Shown: positions 1 through 10,457 of the stretch, one piece after another
Numbering within the stretch: position 1 is the first letter of the stretch
Layout of the letters: each line of letters starts with the position of its first letter
NCBI GenBank assembly: GCA_001600815.1
Contig: BCKZ01000041.1
Coordinates: forward strand, 44,685-64,684
Direction: 5' to 3'
Source: Alloascoidea hylecoeti
Taxonomy: Eukaryota
Length of the DNA stretch: 20,000 bases
Program-made: the position numbers and the translations under genes
The notes under the pieces: model-generated
Told to the model about the DNA's origin: nothing
The model's input: only the letters and a program-made list of their open reading frames with translations
The model's database searches: none

Positions 1-960
1 ATGAAGTTGGGACAACAATAAAATGTTTCAAGTAGTCATAGTAATAATATATTCAGATTTCGAATTCATTTAATAATTTTAATCCAACAATCAGTAAAAA
101 TAAAAAAAACTAGCATAATGGTAGTATATACACTCTTTCAAGGATATAAACTGATTAGAGTGGCTTATATATATTAATATAAATTGCAGATTAAATCCTA
201 CTTCAATAAAAACAACTATTATTATTACCTTATATTAAAGTTCAAAATGCCTGTTTCCCAGTTGCGCCAAAAAGCCAATCGACTCTTTAGTGAACTGTTC
301 TAAGAGTGTAATATATATATAGAATATCCAACACACCCAACCTTAGGCAGGTCACTTTACTAATCGCCATATCTGCCTTACATTTATATATGAATAAGCT
401 TATTGTTACCCAAAATTTATAAAGTATTACTTATGACCAACATTATATAAGTGTAACCTAAAGTAAACCAAAAAACAATCAATATTGGGATGAACATGAA
501 TATCGGTGTATCTAAATAATGGAAAAAAGTGGAGTTACAAATACAGTATCTTCTCATTATAGTTCAAACTACTCCTATCAAAGACTACTTCGATATGGAA
601 TCGAGTAATTGGATACAAAAAATAAAATATAGTTTTTTCAGAGTTCCAGAAGGCTTCTAGTATCGTCCCCTTCCTGTAAGTACACAGTCGAAATAATAAT
701 CCGATCTATAAAATGCCAAAAAGATCAAGATTCAGACTGTGAAAAAGGACAATTAATCTTCGCATCTATATGAATAAATCGTTTACCCGAAACAGAACCC
801 TAATCCAGTCATAAAATTAAAAAGTTCAACCTTCCCAGACGTTAAATAAAATAAATAACATGAATCACATGAGCAACCAATGGGTCAACTAATGAGTCAT
901 GGGCTCGGATAATTGTTTCCAAGCGTTCCAGATTCTTATTGGTATATGGATGGTTCATTT
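1..960 (+). pseudogene. Decayed copy of the long partner ORF (family L), beginning left of the window
   Basis: Stop- and frameshift-interrupted translation (TTIKCF..HSNNIFR at ~12-60, KQLLLLPYI at ~210-236, LPKIYKVLLM at 406-435, ELQIQYLLIIV..DMESSNW) aligns with 15430-18500 (-) and 7730-7980 (+). 592-613 GATATGGAATCGAGTAATTGGA matches the reverse complement of 17473-17494 at 21/22 nt. Right end approximate. Confidence 0.65.
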
Positions 961-1125
961 GAAAAGGATAAGTGACAGATATAAATACGAGTCATGTTTA
1001 GGGAGATATCGTGAAGTTCATGAAGGTGGATTTATTCATTTATTATACTAATATTTTTGTTGACCTCATTGATATGAATAATGTTATAGAGAAGTATATA
1101 GGTGACCTATTGTTGACTGTTCCTA

Positions 1126-1698
1126 TCATAAGTCATAAAAGCCCGAATCTTCTAATTCATCTAGGAATGCTTGATCCAGTTGATCCCGGCCTATAAATTT
1201 TTGTGACTGGTCTGTATGTGGTGGCTCATGTTGGTTCGTAGTTGGTGGTTGTGCATTATCCAGCTCACCTATAGACGGGCCCTTAGTGAGGTCAGTCTTA
1301 AGAGACACAGATTCATTTGAAGGAGACGGAGATCTAGTTCCAATATCCGTTCTATCTTTATTTTCTCCATAAAATTTGATAATTTGTGATTTAAGGGCTT
1401 TTAATTCAGAATCCGATAATAAAGGTGACCAAATGGAATCTTTACCAAAAATATTATCGTATTCGCAAGATGGATCATATTTCATAAATAGCAATCTTTC
1501 AAGTTTGTCTTTGTGGCTGGTAACACCGGAAAGCTCTTCTTCGTTTGTCTTCGCGCGTTGGACAAGCAGACTGTTTGCTTCACTATTGCTTTCATTTTTT
1601 ATCCTTTTTAGTTCAGCTTTATTTTGGATAAACCACGAGTTCCACAATTTGACAGGATGAGTATCTTTATCGTATTCTGGAGTTGGATCAGTTGTCAT
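1126..1698 (-). CDS. Uncharacterised 190-aa protein, family S copy A
   Basis: Intact ORF sharing DPTP.Y.KD.HP...W..W...N.AE, EY.NIFGK...WSP.L and SQI.KFY.[ED]NK motifs with four paralogs in the window. Start context CACAAACAGGATG is conserved. Confidence 0.85.
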   Translation of the reverse strand: MTTDPTPEYDKDTHPVKLWNSWFIQNKAELKRIKNESNSEANSLLVQRAKTNEEELSGVTSHKDKLERLLFMKYDPSCEYDNIFGKDSIWSPLLSDSELKALKSQIIKFYGENKDRTDIGTRSPSPSNESVSLKTDLTKGPSIGELDNAQPPTTNQHEPPHTDQSQKFIGRDQLDQAFLDELEDSGFYDL

Positions 1699-1900
1699 CC
1701 TGTTTGTGGTTAATAATATGGAATGCTAGGAATTTAAAGAGATATTTATAGAGTTTTATTTTGGAGGATGTTACTGTGAGAATCAACCTATGCTGTGACT
1801 TTTATAGAGTTGCAGGCCTGATAAGGACAATGTAGATAGAAAAATGAGTTGAATTTGAAAATGAAACAACGATCGCGAATAAAAAATTGAAACAAAAAAA

Positions 1901-1950
1901 GTAAGCGCTGATAAGTTTATACCTTCGAGATGAGACTAAATATGGGCCGG
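1901..1950. promoter_or_regulatory. Conserved upstream block of family S, copy A
   Basis: GTAAGCGCTGATAAGTTTATA...ACTAAATATGGGCCGG, found in similar form ~200-280 bp upstream of all five paralogs; contains TATAAA on the gene strand. Confidence 0.6.
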
Positions 1951-2049
1951 GTGACACCAAAGTATTTAAAAAAGGACCATAGTTTAATTAAGTCCTGTTT
2001 CTTCTAGTTACACCAAAACTCCAATTGATCTTTTTTGAACTGTTCTAAG

Positions 2050-4640
2050 GATAATATAATTCCAACATAGATAATACCATAAAATACATCTTTTACAATC
2101 AATCCTGGAATGAACATTTGATAATACTGTTAAACTAACCCTTGGTACCGATATTTTCATTGAAGCTGAAAATTAAGTTAGTACAGGATTATAAATATAT
2201 AATTATGTATTTATCATTCTTCCATTATTATTATAGAGACATTAACACTTCATTTATTCTTATTCTTCCTAAAAAGATGCTTCATAATTCAAATAAAATG
2301 TTCAAAAATCGAGAACCCATCGTATTTAGACACAAAATTGATTATTTTACTTTTAACACACACATAATATTCTGCTAGATATTTACAAAACTTTAAATTG
2401 TCTCCAATTATCAACAATGGCTTCCAACATCACGCGACCAGCTCGATACTCGAGATAGACTCCAAAGCCCAATGGCTATATATTATTATTCCTTTTCTAT
2501 TCCATTAGAGGAACCTTTATTACCCCTACCTAGTCTGTTACGTCTCATATCATTACATATATTAATATGTATCAGCTTCAATTAGTACCTTTAGTTGGTG
2601 GTATATTCATATATTTTATTCAAAGCTGTAAGTTGTGTACACTTAAGGTTTGACGAATTTAAAATTTCAAAAGACACAGGTTCCTGCTTTCTTTCTTCTA
2701 TACTTTAATGAATTAAACTCTTCTAGTTAATCTATTAACTTGAAAAATATAATCCATAACACCATTACGCTAAAGAGGATGATTTATAGAATATCATCTA
2801 AATGTATAGTTAAACTACAACCATAAACAAGAAACTATTGCCCAATCTCTTGAAAACCTTTCAGTAAATTGATTTAATGGTGTGTCCAATTTTTATTGCT
2901 TGAATAATCGCAGATTATGAAGCCCTTGATAATCCTGTTAAAACCTATGATATAATCAATCAATATAATATCATATTTAAAGGGAAAAAATGATTGTAGA
3001 TTAATATAAAGATACAATCATTAAAATGTAGTTCTATATATAAGAGTAGTGACGGTTGTTCATTTTTGGTAACGTTATCGATTACTTATTTCTTGTTCCT
3101 TCGGAAATTATTATTTTTGTATCCATAGTAAAATCCAATGATCATCCATTCTTTAGATACCCACAAACAACTAGATCGATTACGTTATTCTGATGGAGAG
3201 TAACGTTCCTAACCATCTTCTTTTCATTGTGGGTGTTACTGACCAAAAGCTGTAATATTCATTAGTAAACAAAATCCATTTGAACAATTGCAATATGCCA
3301 TCACGCAAACAGCCTATAGCAAAAATCGATTTTCAAGAATCCCTATTTGCTTGTCAGCACTTCAATTTTAAAACTCTGAACTTATAAGCAAATTGTTGAC
3401 ATATGAAGGACCAGATGAAAGACTACTTAACTTATTTATAGTTAACGATATAATCATTCCTGTTAATTCTGATTGTGGTATTATGATTTCGAATTTGAAT
3501 GATCACAAACTCTTTAAACATTTTAAAAAATTGGAAGGAAAATTCAGTACATGGTCTACCTTTTCAATTGGTGGTAATTCAAATAGGCTAGCTGTTTTTA
3601 ATGTGGCTAGTGATTTTGTTTATGATTTTATGGAAGCCCTAAGGATAAAGTATTTAACAACTTTCAAGTGAATCTAAGAACCAGATCACTAATGGAAAAC
3701 ATTCAAGGGACTGCTTCTTCATTTTTGGTTCACTTATTTTGATGATGTTACACATACTTATAAACTTTATTTGGGAATATCTGTTTGAAACTTTAATTTT
3801 TGACCATGAATGACTCGGGTGACTGACTTTAATAAAAAAGTAATAGCTCAGCAATATGGATCTATTCTACTGGTGCCTCGAAGAATACCAAAACTAATTA
3901 GCGGATAGCAACTATTATTTTAGCAAGATTACAGAGATTTAATAAAGGAACAATAAATGTTGGACAAAAAACAGCCGGTATTCAGAGCTCACAGTGATCC
4001 ATAGGTGTTTATATTAAGTATTACAAAGGGAAAAATACCTTTAATTTAGTACTTTAGATTTAACGGTGATATTCTTCTACACGACAATTGTCAATTCTAT
4101 CAATTAAAAAGTTCAAGAGGAAACTGAAATGGAACAACTATATCGGTATTAGTCTGATTACCTCGGATACCTGACTCCCAATGAAACAAATTGAACAAGC
4201 CCAAGAATAATAGTGGAAACAATCACACTTAAATTAATTATTCATGGATATTACTTCAAATTAATATAACAGACTGGTAATAGAAAACTTTACATATTAT
4301 TTTAAACTAAACAATTTCTAATTCAATGATTTAAATTCAATGCAATAGCTTAGTTTAAAATAATACTTATGCCTATAATATTGTTAACAAAGTCACTGGT
4401 TTATTTTTAATTTGGGGTAATGTTCTAAATTAATGATTCTAAAAACCCTTCAAACTGTAGTTTATATAATTATTAGAATTTTAACTTTTAATTGCATGTC
4501 ACCTTTGACATTACTTGCCTCTTCTGTCTTTAAGTTTAAAGATGAGCTTTTCCAAGTATTTGGCTTAATTCCCATTCCATCAGCTCCCTTTAAGTATTAT
4601 GATAATAAAGTAGACAGTTTATATTTAAGTATTTGAATCA
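2050..4640 (+). pseudogene. Decayed long partner ORF (family L), head-to-head with copy A
   Basis: ORF-track fragments 2142-2378, 3393-3671 and 4433-4636 lie within it. Segments SFSIPLEEPLLPLP (~2490), IIPVNSDCGIMISNLNDHKLFK (~3453) and ELFQVFGLIPIPSAPFKYYDNKVDSLYLSI (4544-4633) align in order with the minus-strand copy at 15430-18500. Confidence 0.6.
4295..4365. repeat. Perfect 16-bp inverted repeat with a 39-bp spacer
   Basis: TATTATTTTAAACTAA (4295-4310) and TTAGTTTAAAATAATA (4350-4365); the spacer contains AATTCAATG twice. Confidence 0.85.
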
Positions 4641-5569
4641 ATTAAATTTAACGTCAATTGAAAAACTTAGAAATCAAATTGTTTTTCCTTTTATTTTTTT
4701 TTAATTTTTTTTTTTTTTCATAAACGTATAATTATTATTGCCTTTAGAATTGAGATTGTGATTGAGAATACATGCCAAGTTTAACATTTTTAGTTCATAT
4801 ACATTTGTGATAACTTATAGAGTAGTCTTATGTATGCAATCTTATAATCCAGAAAGGCAACAAGTGGGAGCAGAATCAAACCCTGAATAACGAAGTACAT
4901 GTATGTTGTAAAACTTTACAAAATTTGGAAGCCCGATAGGAAAGGAGTTAAACTCTTATTTTCTACTTTAATATCAGTTTACATTAAACGATCTACTGCG
5001 ATATTGCTATTTTACTGTAGTACATACATCTACGACTAGAGAATTCATTTCTTTTTTCACAATTAACGTAACTTCTATTGAACTAATGATTATCAGTTAG
5101 TCATTACCATCTATAATAATTATAATCAAAGAGGTGCAAAAGTCACTATTTGACCAACACTATTTTGAATGAATATACTTTGAGGTGATAACAAGCACTT
5201 TATCCAACCCGCTAATAATCCGCTCTAAAGATTTGTTGTTGATGTGACTAATTCGAAAGCAGATGTATGAAAGGAACCAATTGCAAAAAAGGATTTTAAT
5301 CAATAGCTTGACCTTACATTCTTATATCATGTTTTACAGACTAGATATAGCATTATACGCGACTGATAGATTATTATCATTCCTAGGTATAGGTATAACA
5401 GTGGAGGAATCTGCTTTGCAATTATTGGGTAAAAATTTGACTATTTTAATTATTATTGAATCTTAAGGTCTTAATTAAGAAGATATATGTTTATCTTTAT
5501 AATAAGAATGAGAACATATAGGGGTTTATATTTTAATTGGGACACATTTACTTATTTGTGATAATTTGA

Positions 5570-6123
5570 TTAAATATTTGAACATTTAATCCACACCATA
5601 TCGCTCAAAAGACTGTTTAAATGTTTCAGTTCTTGAGGTACTGGTGACTGCTCGTGGTGGGTTCTTGCGTATTATCAACCCCATTACTTTCAGCTGCAAA
5701 GGGATGGTTAGTAAAGATTGGAGTAATAAGTTCATGCGTCTCATAATAATTAGAAATCTTTGGATGTCTAGGTCTGAGATCCCTAAATCCTTTATTATCT
5801 TCAACAAATTGAACTACTTGTAAATAAAGCTCCCTCCATTCGGGACTCGTTAACGAAGGTGTCCAGGTGATATGTATACTATTATCAGTATGATATCTAT
5901 AGACCTGGGAGAATCGCATACCAGACAATTCTTCTTTGTAGCTGATATAGTCAGCAAGTGTTTCTATGTGATTATTACTATGTTGTAAAGCTGAATCATG
6001 CACTTGTTGCTTGTCGTATGGTGGCATCTTCTCTATTTCAGTTTCATTCTTGGAGTACTATCAGCTCCTTTCTTCGATGGGGTGAAGATCTTTGTTGTCT
6101 TTTGGAGTTGGTTCAATTGCCAT
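5570..6123 (-). pseudogene. Family S copy B, pseudogene, closest to copy D
   Basis: ATG at 6123 gives MAIEPTPKDNKDLHPIEERS, then TGA TAG (6063-6058) where copy D has TGG TGG. Continues in frame with ORF 5626-6027. A deletion frameshift near 5655 puts the D-like C-terminus (QSPVPQELKHLNSLLSDMVWIKCSNI*, stop 5570-5572) in another frame. Confidence 0.9.
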
Positions 6124-6347
6124 CTTGTTTGTGGAAACTAATGCGGAAGAAAGGGAATTGAAAGATAAGTGTATAGATTTTTATCGGGAGGATGTTATTT
6201 TGAGTATTAATTGCTAGTATAGCTGTGATGTATACTCAGTTGGAACCCGATTGGAAGAATATGGATGAAAAATTTGTTGGAAAAAGTTGATATTGAGAAG
6301 AAAATAATAAAATATATACGTAAAATATTGAAACACAAACATAAGGT

Positions 6348-6404
6348 GTAAGCGCTGCTGAATATACATATATCATCTGGATCAGTGAACTAATTTTGGG
6401 CCGG
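6348..6404. promoter_or_regulatory. Conserved upstream block of family S, copy B
   Basis: GTAAGCGCTG...ACTAATTTTGGGCCGG; the TATA part is altered. Confidence 0.55.
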
Positions 6405-6642
6405 TGGACAAAAAAGAAATATAAGCACACACCGAACACAAAACCAAGTTTAAAGGGTATCTACTACCAAACAGATATGGAAAAAAGCTTGACATTTTTA
6501 AATATTTATGACGTTGATTCCTGTTCAATATAGGATAAATTCTTTTTATCAGTTTTGGAAGTACTTGTGGCTGATTTGTGTTTGGAAGTTGACGTGCAGT
6601 CGATGGTAACAAATTATGACCTCAATTGGCTGCAGACAGGTA

Positions 6643-7065
6643 CTACATGGTCAAATCAATAGTACTAATAGACCCATGAATTCTGAGAGCAGACTGAGGT
6701 CTTGGTCTAAGACTCCTTATACCTTTGTTATCCTCATAAAATTTAAGAATTTGTGAATCAAGAATCATCTTTTCATCACCCGTTAATGAAGGTGACCAGT
6801 TGATTTTTTTACCAAAAATATTTTTGTATTCATAGCATTGAGCATACCTCAATTCAGACAGTTTTTCGACTGTTTCGTAAAACCTGATATCTCCAACAAG
6901 TAATTTTCCGTACATTTCAGCGGTTTGAATAAGTGCAGCATAAATATCGCTATTGGTGTCATTTGACATCATCTTCAGTTCAGCCTCATTGTCGGTGTAC
7001 CACCTGTACCACTCTTCGATAGGATGTAGATTTTTGTTGTATTTTGGAGTTGGATCAGTTGCCAT
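6643..7065 (-). CDS. Family S copy C, 140 aa, probably C-terminally truncated
   Basis: Full conserved core. Beyond the TAG at 6645-6643 and a TGA, the same frame reads RQLPNTNQPQVLP, matching copy E YQLPNTNQPIVLP. Confidence 0.75.
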   Translation of the reverse strand: MATDPTPKYNKNLHPIEEWYRWYTDNEAELKMMSNDTNSDIYAALIQTAEMYGKLLVGDIRFYETVEKLSELRYAQCYEYKNIFGKKINWSPSLTGDEKMILDSQILKFYEDNKGIRSLRPRPQSALRIHGSISTIDLTM

Positions 7066-7291
7066 CTTGTTTTGTGGATAATAAAAGGAATAAAAGGAAT
7101 TGTAAAAGATGTGTATAGCAATTTAATTATGAAGATTGTTACTAAGTGTATCAATCTATGTTTAATCCTAGTATTGTTGTGGTATATATAGTTGCAACCC
7201 GGTGAGGAGAATGAGGATGGAAAAACGTTTAGAAAACAATTGAAATTGAAAATATAATAACAACTATAAAGAACAAAATGCAACACAAAAA

Positions 7292-7344
7292 GTAAGCGCT
7301 GATACATTTATAGGATCAACATACGTGCACTAAATTTGGGCCGG
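7292..7344. promoter_or_regulatory. Conserved upstream block of family S, copy C
   Basis: GTAAGCGCTGATACATTTATA...CACTAAATTTGGGCCGG. Confidence 0.6.
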
Positions 7345-7589
7345 TTGAAAAGCAAACTAATTTAAGCAGTGAATCATAGTTAGAAGAAGTCCCAAACAAA
7401 TATAAAAGGTAGTTAAAAAATAGACATCGACGACAGTATGACATATTTTTTAGATTCGTATGGTTCGTTTTGAGCTCTGTGTGGTTAATTTGTGTGTTAA
7501 ACATAAGCCATTATCACAATATTTGAAATGAAGTTAAAAAATTAAGCTCATGTATCATTATATGAGGTGCTTAGTACTGTCATTTTAAG

Positions 7590-7980
7590 AGAACTTTCAT
7601 CATTTCTTGTCACTTTCATTTTAAAAAGATTCCTAAAAAGAGTTGAAATGATGGAAGTCGTGTTCAGTTAAGTAATTGGATATTTTGGGAATCAGGTTCA
7701 ATTTAATGTATACTTATTCCAACAAGTTAATTTTCACCTAATATTTATAAAATATTACTTATGAACAAGAGTAACCACTGGTAAATAAAACATCAATCAA
7801 TTGTGAATAACAAGACTTTCGATATATCTAAAAACCAAAATGGAAAGGGTACACATACAAATATATTATGTTTTCATTATAACTTAAACTACTCTTATCC
7901 AAAATTATTTCGGTTCGGATTTGGGTTGTTGATACAAAATTAAATTTCGCTTTCTTAGCTGAGTTTCGGATCTGGTTTCT
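7590..7980 (+). pseudogene. Internally deleted remnant of the long partner ORF (family L), head-to-head with copy C
   Basis: 7730-7970 is a diverged duplicate of ~400-650 (CCTAATATTTATAAAATATTACTTATGA...TCATTATAACTTAAACTACTCTTATC). 7590-7670 resembles the 5' part of the copy at ~18330-18410 and 9760-9840. Confidence 0.6.
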
Positions 7981-8613
7981 GACAACTTCGTATCATCATC
8001 ATGTAATCATAATAATATTTTTTTTTTATAAAAAGAAGATGCCTGTCATACTGAGCTTTGTCCATCCATAGCAGCAGAGTGATTATATCGCTCGTAATAC
8101 ATTTATCACCATTTATTTATAGCTGCTCTACGAATCAAGTTCAGTAGTTGAGATAAATAAGATATAAATGTCTTTAGTACATCTGGTCTAATTCTTCTTA
8201 TTACAATATAATACAATAGCGCTCAATATATTTACAGCTGATTTACGAATCATATATATCGGTCTTTACAGAAAATTAATGTTGGTGTATCTAATTCGGT
8301 AGTAGAGGTAAAAAACCTACACGTTGGAGAATAAAGATTTAAATCGATAGCTTGAAATTTTATATTATCTTAACTAGGTAAATAATTAACTGCTTCAAAA
8401 CGATTTCAATCTAACAAATTTCTTTTCCCTTTAATGTGTAAAATTTTGTTTGTTAGCTATTGATTGAATACTTGACGATAATAATCATAGTGAGAGGCTT
8501 ACACTTTTCTTTTTATGTTTTATTAGGAAGATATAATTTTGTTTTTGAAATGAGAGTGAGTATATAAATTCTTATATTTTCATGGTCATATTAACTTATT
8601 TATGATTATTTTA

Positions 8614-9258
8614 TTACATATTTGAACGGTCAAACCACATCATATCCCTCATATGACTATTTAAATCTTCTAGTTCTTGGGGTACTGGTGATTGACTTGT
8701 TCTTTTCGGGGGCTCATTAATGTTTGGTGACTGAATTGTGGGCGCTTCTTGCGTATAATCAACCTCATTAGTATTAGCTGCAAAGGGATTGCTAGTGAAG
8801 ATTGGAGTAATAAAATCATTAGCCTTATAATATTTAGAAATATTGGGATGTCTGGGTCTTAGATCCCTAAAACCCCTATTATCTTCATTGAATTGGACTA
8901 CTTGTGAACAAAGATCCGACCATTCTAAAAATGTTAATAATGGAGACCAGGTGAGATGTACACCTGACTCAGTTTCATATTTGTAGGTTTGAACATATCT
9001 CAATGAGCATAGCCTCTCGGCTTCTTCTTTGTAGGTGATTTCATCAGCAAGTTTTTCTCTGTAGTTATTTCTATTTTCTACAACTAAATCGTACACTTCT
9101 TGCTTGCTGTATTGTGGCAAGTTCTCTATTTCAATTCTATTTTTGTAGTACCACCAGTTCCATTCTTCTACAGGATGCAGATCTTTGTTATAATTTGGAG
9201 TTGATGAAATTACCACTTGGCGCATGCCTAATAATGCGGAGGAGAAGGGATTTAACAT
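8614..9258 (-). CDS. Family S copy D, 214 aa with an N-terminal extension
   Basis: Intact ORF. The ancestral ATG position is GTG (9216-9214); in-frame upstream ATGs at 9225 and 9258. Confidence 0.8.
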   Translation of the reverse strand: MLNPFSSALLGMRQVVISSTPNYNKDLHPVEEWNWWYYKNRIEIENLPQYSKQEVYDLVVENRNNYREKLADEITYKEEAERLCSLRYVQTYKYETESGVHLTWSPLLTFLEWSDLCSQVVQFNEDNRGFRDLRPRHPNISKYYKANDFITPIFTSNPFAANTNEVDYTQEAPTIQSPNINEPPKRTSQSPVPQELEDLNSHMRDMMWFDRSNM

Positions 9259-9441
9259 GTGTATAACAATTTAATTATGAAGAATCTTAGTATGAATGTC
9301 AAACTTTGTAAATCGCTTGTATGGCCGTGGTGTGTATTCAGTTGCAGCCTGTCTAGGAGAATGTTGACGAAAATGAGTAGGAAAAAAAATTGAAATTCAA
9401 AATAAAATAGCACTTATATGGAAAATATTGGAATACAAAAG

Positions 9442-9490
9442 GTAAACGCTGATAAATTTATAAAATCGGATGAGTACACTAAAAATGGGC
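9442..9490. promoter_or_regulatory. Conserved upstream block of family S, copy D
   Basis: GTAAACGCTGATAAATTTATAAAATCGGATGAGTACACTAAAAATGGGC. Confidence 0.6.
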
Positions 9491-9759
9491 TGAGAAACGC
9501 AAACAAATTCAAGCGCTGCATAGCAAACATAAAAATAAAAATAGATTCAATGGGTATCTAAAAAGAAACATAGACTAAAGTGTGTTATATCTGTAGATTT
9601 TTATCGATTGATTTTTGTTTTATGGTGGTTTTTGTTTTCCATCCCCGCAGTACATATTAAAACGTAAGCCATGATATTTAAAATGAGGTTAAAAAACGTA
9701 ATTAAGTTGATAGATCATTCTGTGACCAATTTATCACTGTATATTTGGTTTATTTACTA

Positions 9760-9840
9760 AAAGGACTTTGCCATTTCATGTCAATTTAACCTTCAAAGTA
9801 ACCAAAAAGGTTTGATAAAAAGGAAATGGTGTTCCGTTAA
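9760..9840 (+). pseudogene. Short 5' remnant of the long partner ORF (family L), head-to-head with copy D
   Basis: Homologous to 7590-7670. PKRFDKKEMVFR resembles PKTLLEAELRFL of the minus-strand copy. Confidence 0.4.
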
Positions 9841-10457
9841 CAAATTTTTTTTTATTTGATGCGACCCTTATGCTATTTCCATTTAAGCTATTATGATTTG
9901 AAATTTTGAATGCGGAAGATGCAGTTACCTCTTTTTACCAATATAACATAACTGAACGCTCCTAAGATAATTCAGATCCTATTATCATTTTTATCCTCTT
10001 ATTTTCTATTCAATTTAAGTTCCATAAAAATACCATTGTAGCAGCTTGTCCTATCACCTATCGATTTATAATGGAATAGGAACTTTGTAGCTCAACTTCC
10101 TTGTTTCACTACAGAACTCTTGTTTTACAGGTTATGTCATTGATTTTATTTCCTTTTGTTACTCACTTAGGATATAAGTAGAAAGATAAACATTGACAGA
10201 TGGGTCAGCTGTTTGTGGGTTTCTGGCTACACTCTTTGCACTACCCAATACCTTATATATCGGGGCTGAGACTCTGTCTGAATCTTAACTAGAGTGATTA
10301 GTATTTTAACTTTCTAAACATGTACTTTTATATTAGATGAGAACTATGTAATTAAGCCAAAGCGAACTTTTGTCCATATGAATATATTTCCCCAAATATC
10401 CTTAATCGTTAAGATCAGTGGTATCATTGCTCAATGGGAAGAGTTAATGTCAACTAA

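Noticed and set aside
1011..1660. Plus-strand ORFs 1011-1196 and 1376-1660 (likewise 5958-6161, 11057-11245, 18962-19270)
   Set aside because: Antisense to better supported genes, with no independent coding evidence.
3830..4180. Family B DNA polymerase-like hints in the long pseudogene (KKVIAQQYG at ~3834, SDT-DS across a frameshift at ~4163, DFNS at ~17210), suggesting a linear-plasmid polymerase
   Set aside because: Each motif is imperfect, needs ad hoc edits and is not seen at the equivalent position of the other copy; no exonuclease motifs were found. A profile search of the consensus would settle it.
6236..7504. ORFs 6236-6439, 6382-6612, 6975-7307 and 7316-7504 with similar endings (STGPKLVH / STGPNLVH)
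   Set aside because: The similarity reflects the duplicated upstream DNA block; the frames are not preserved across copies.
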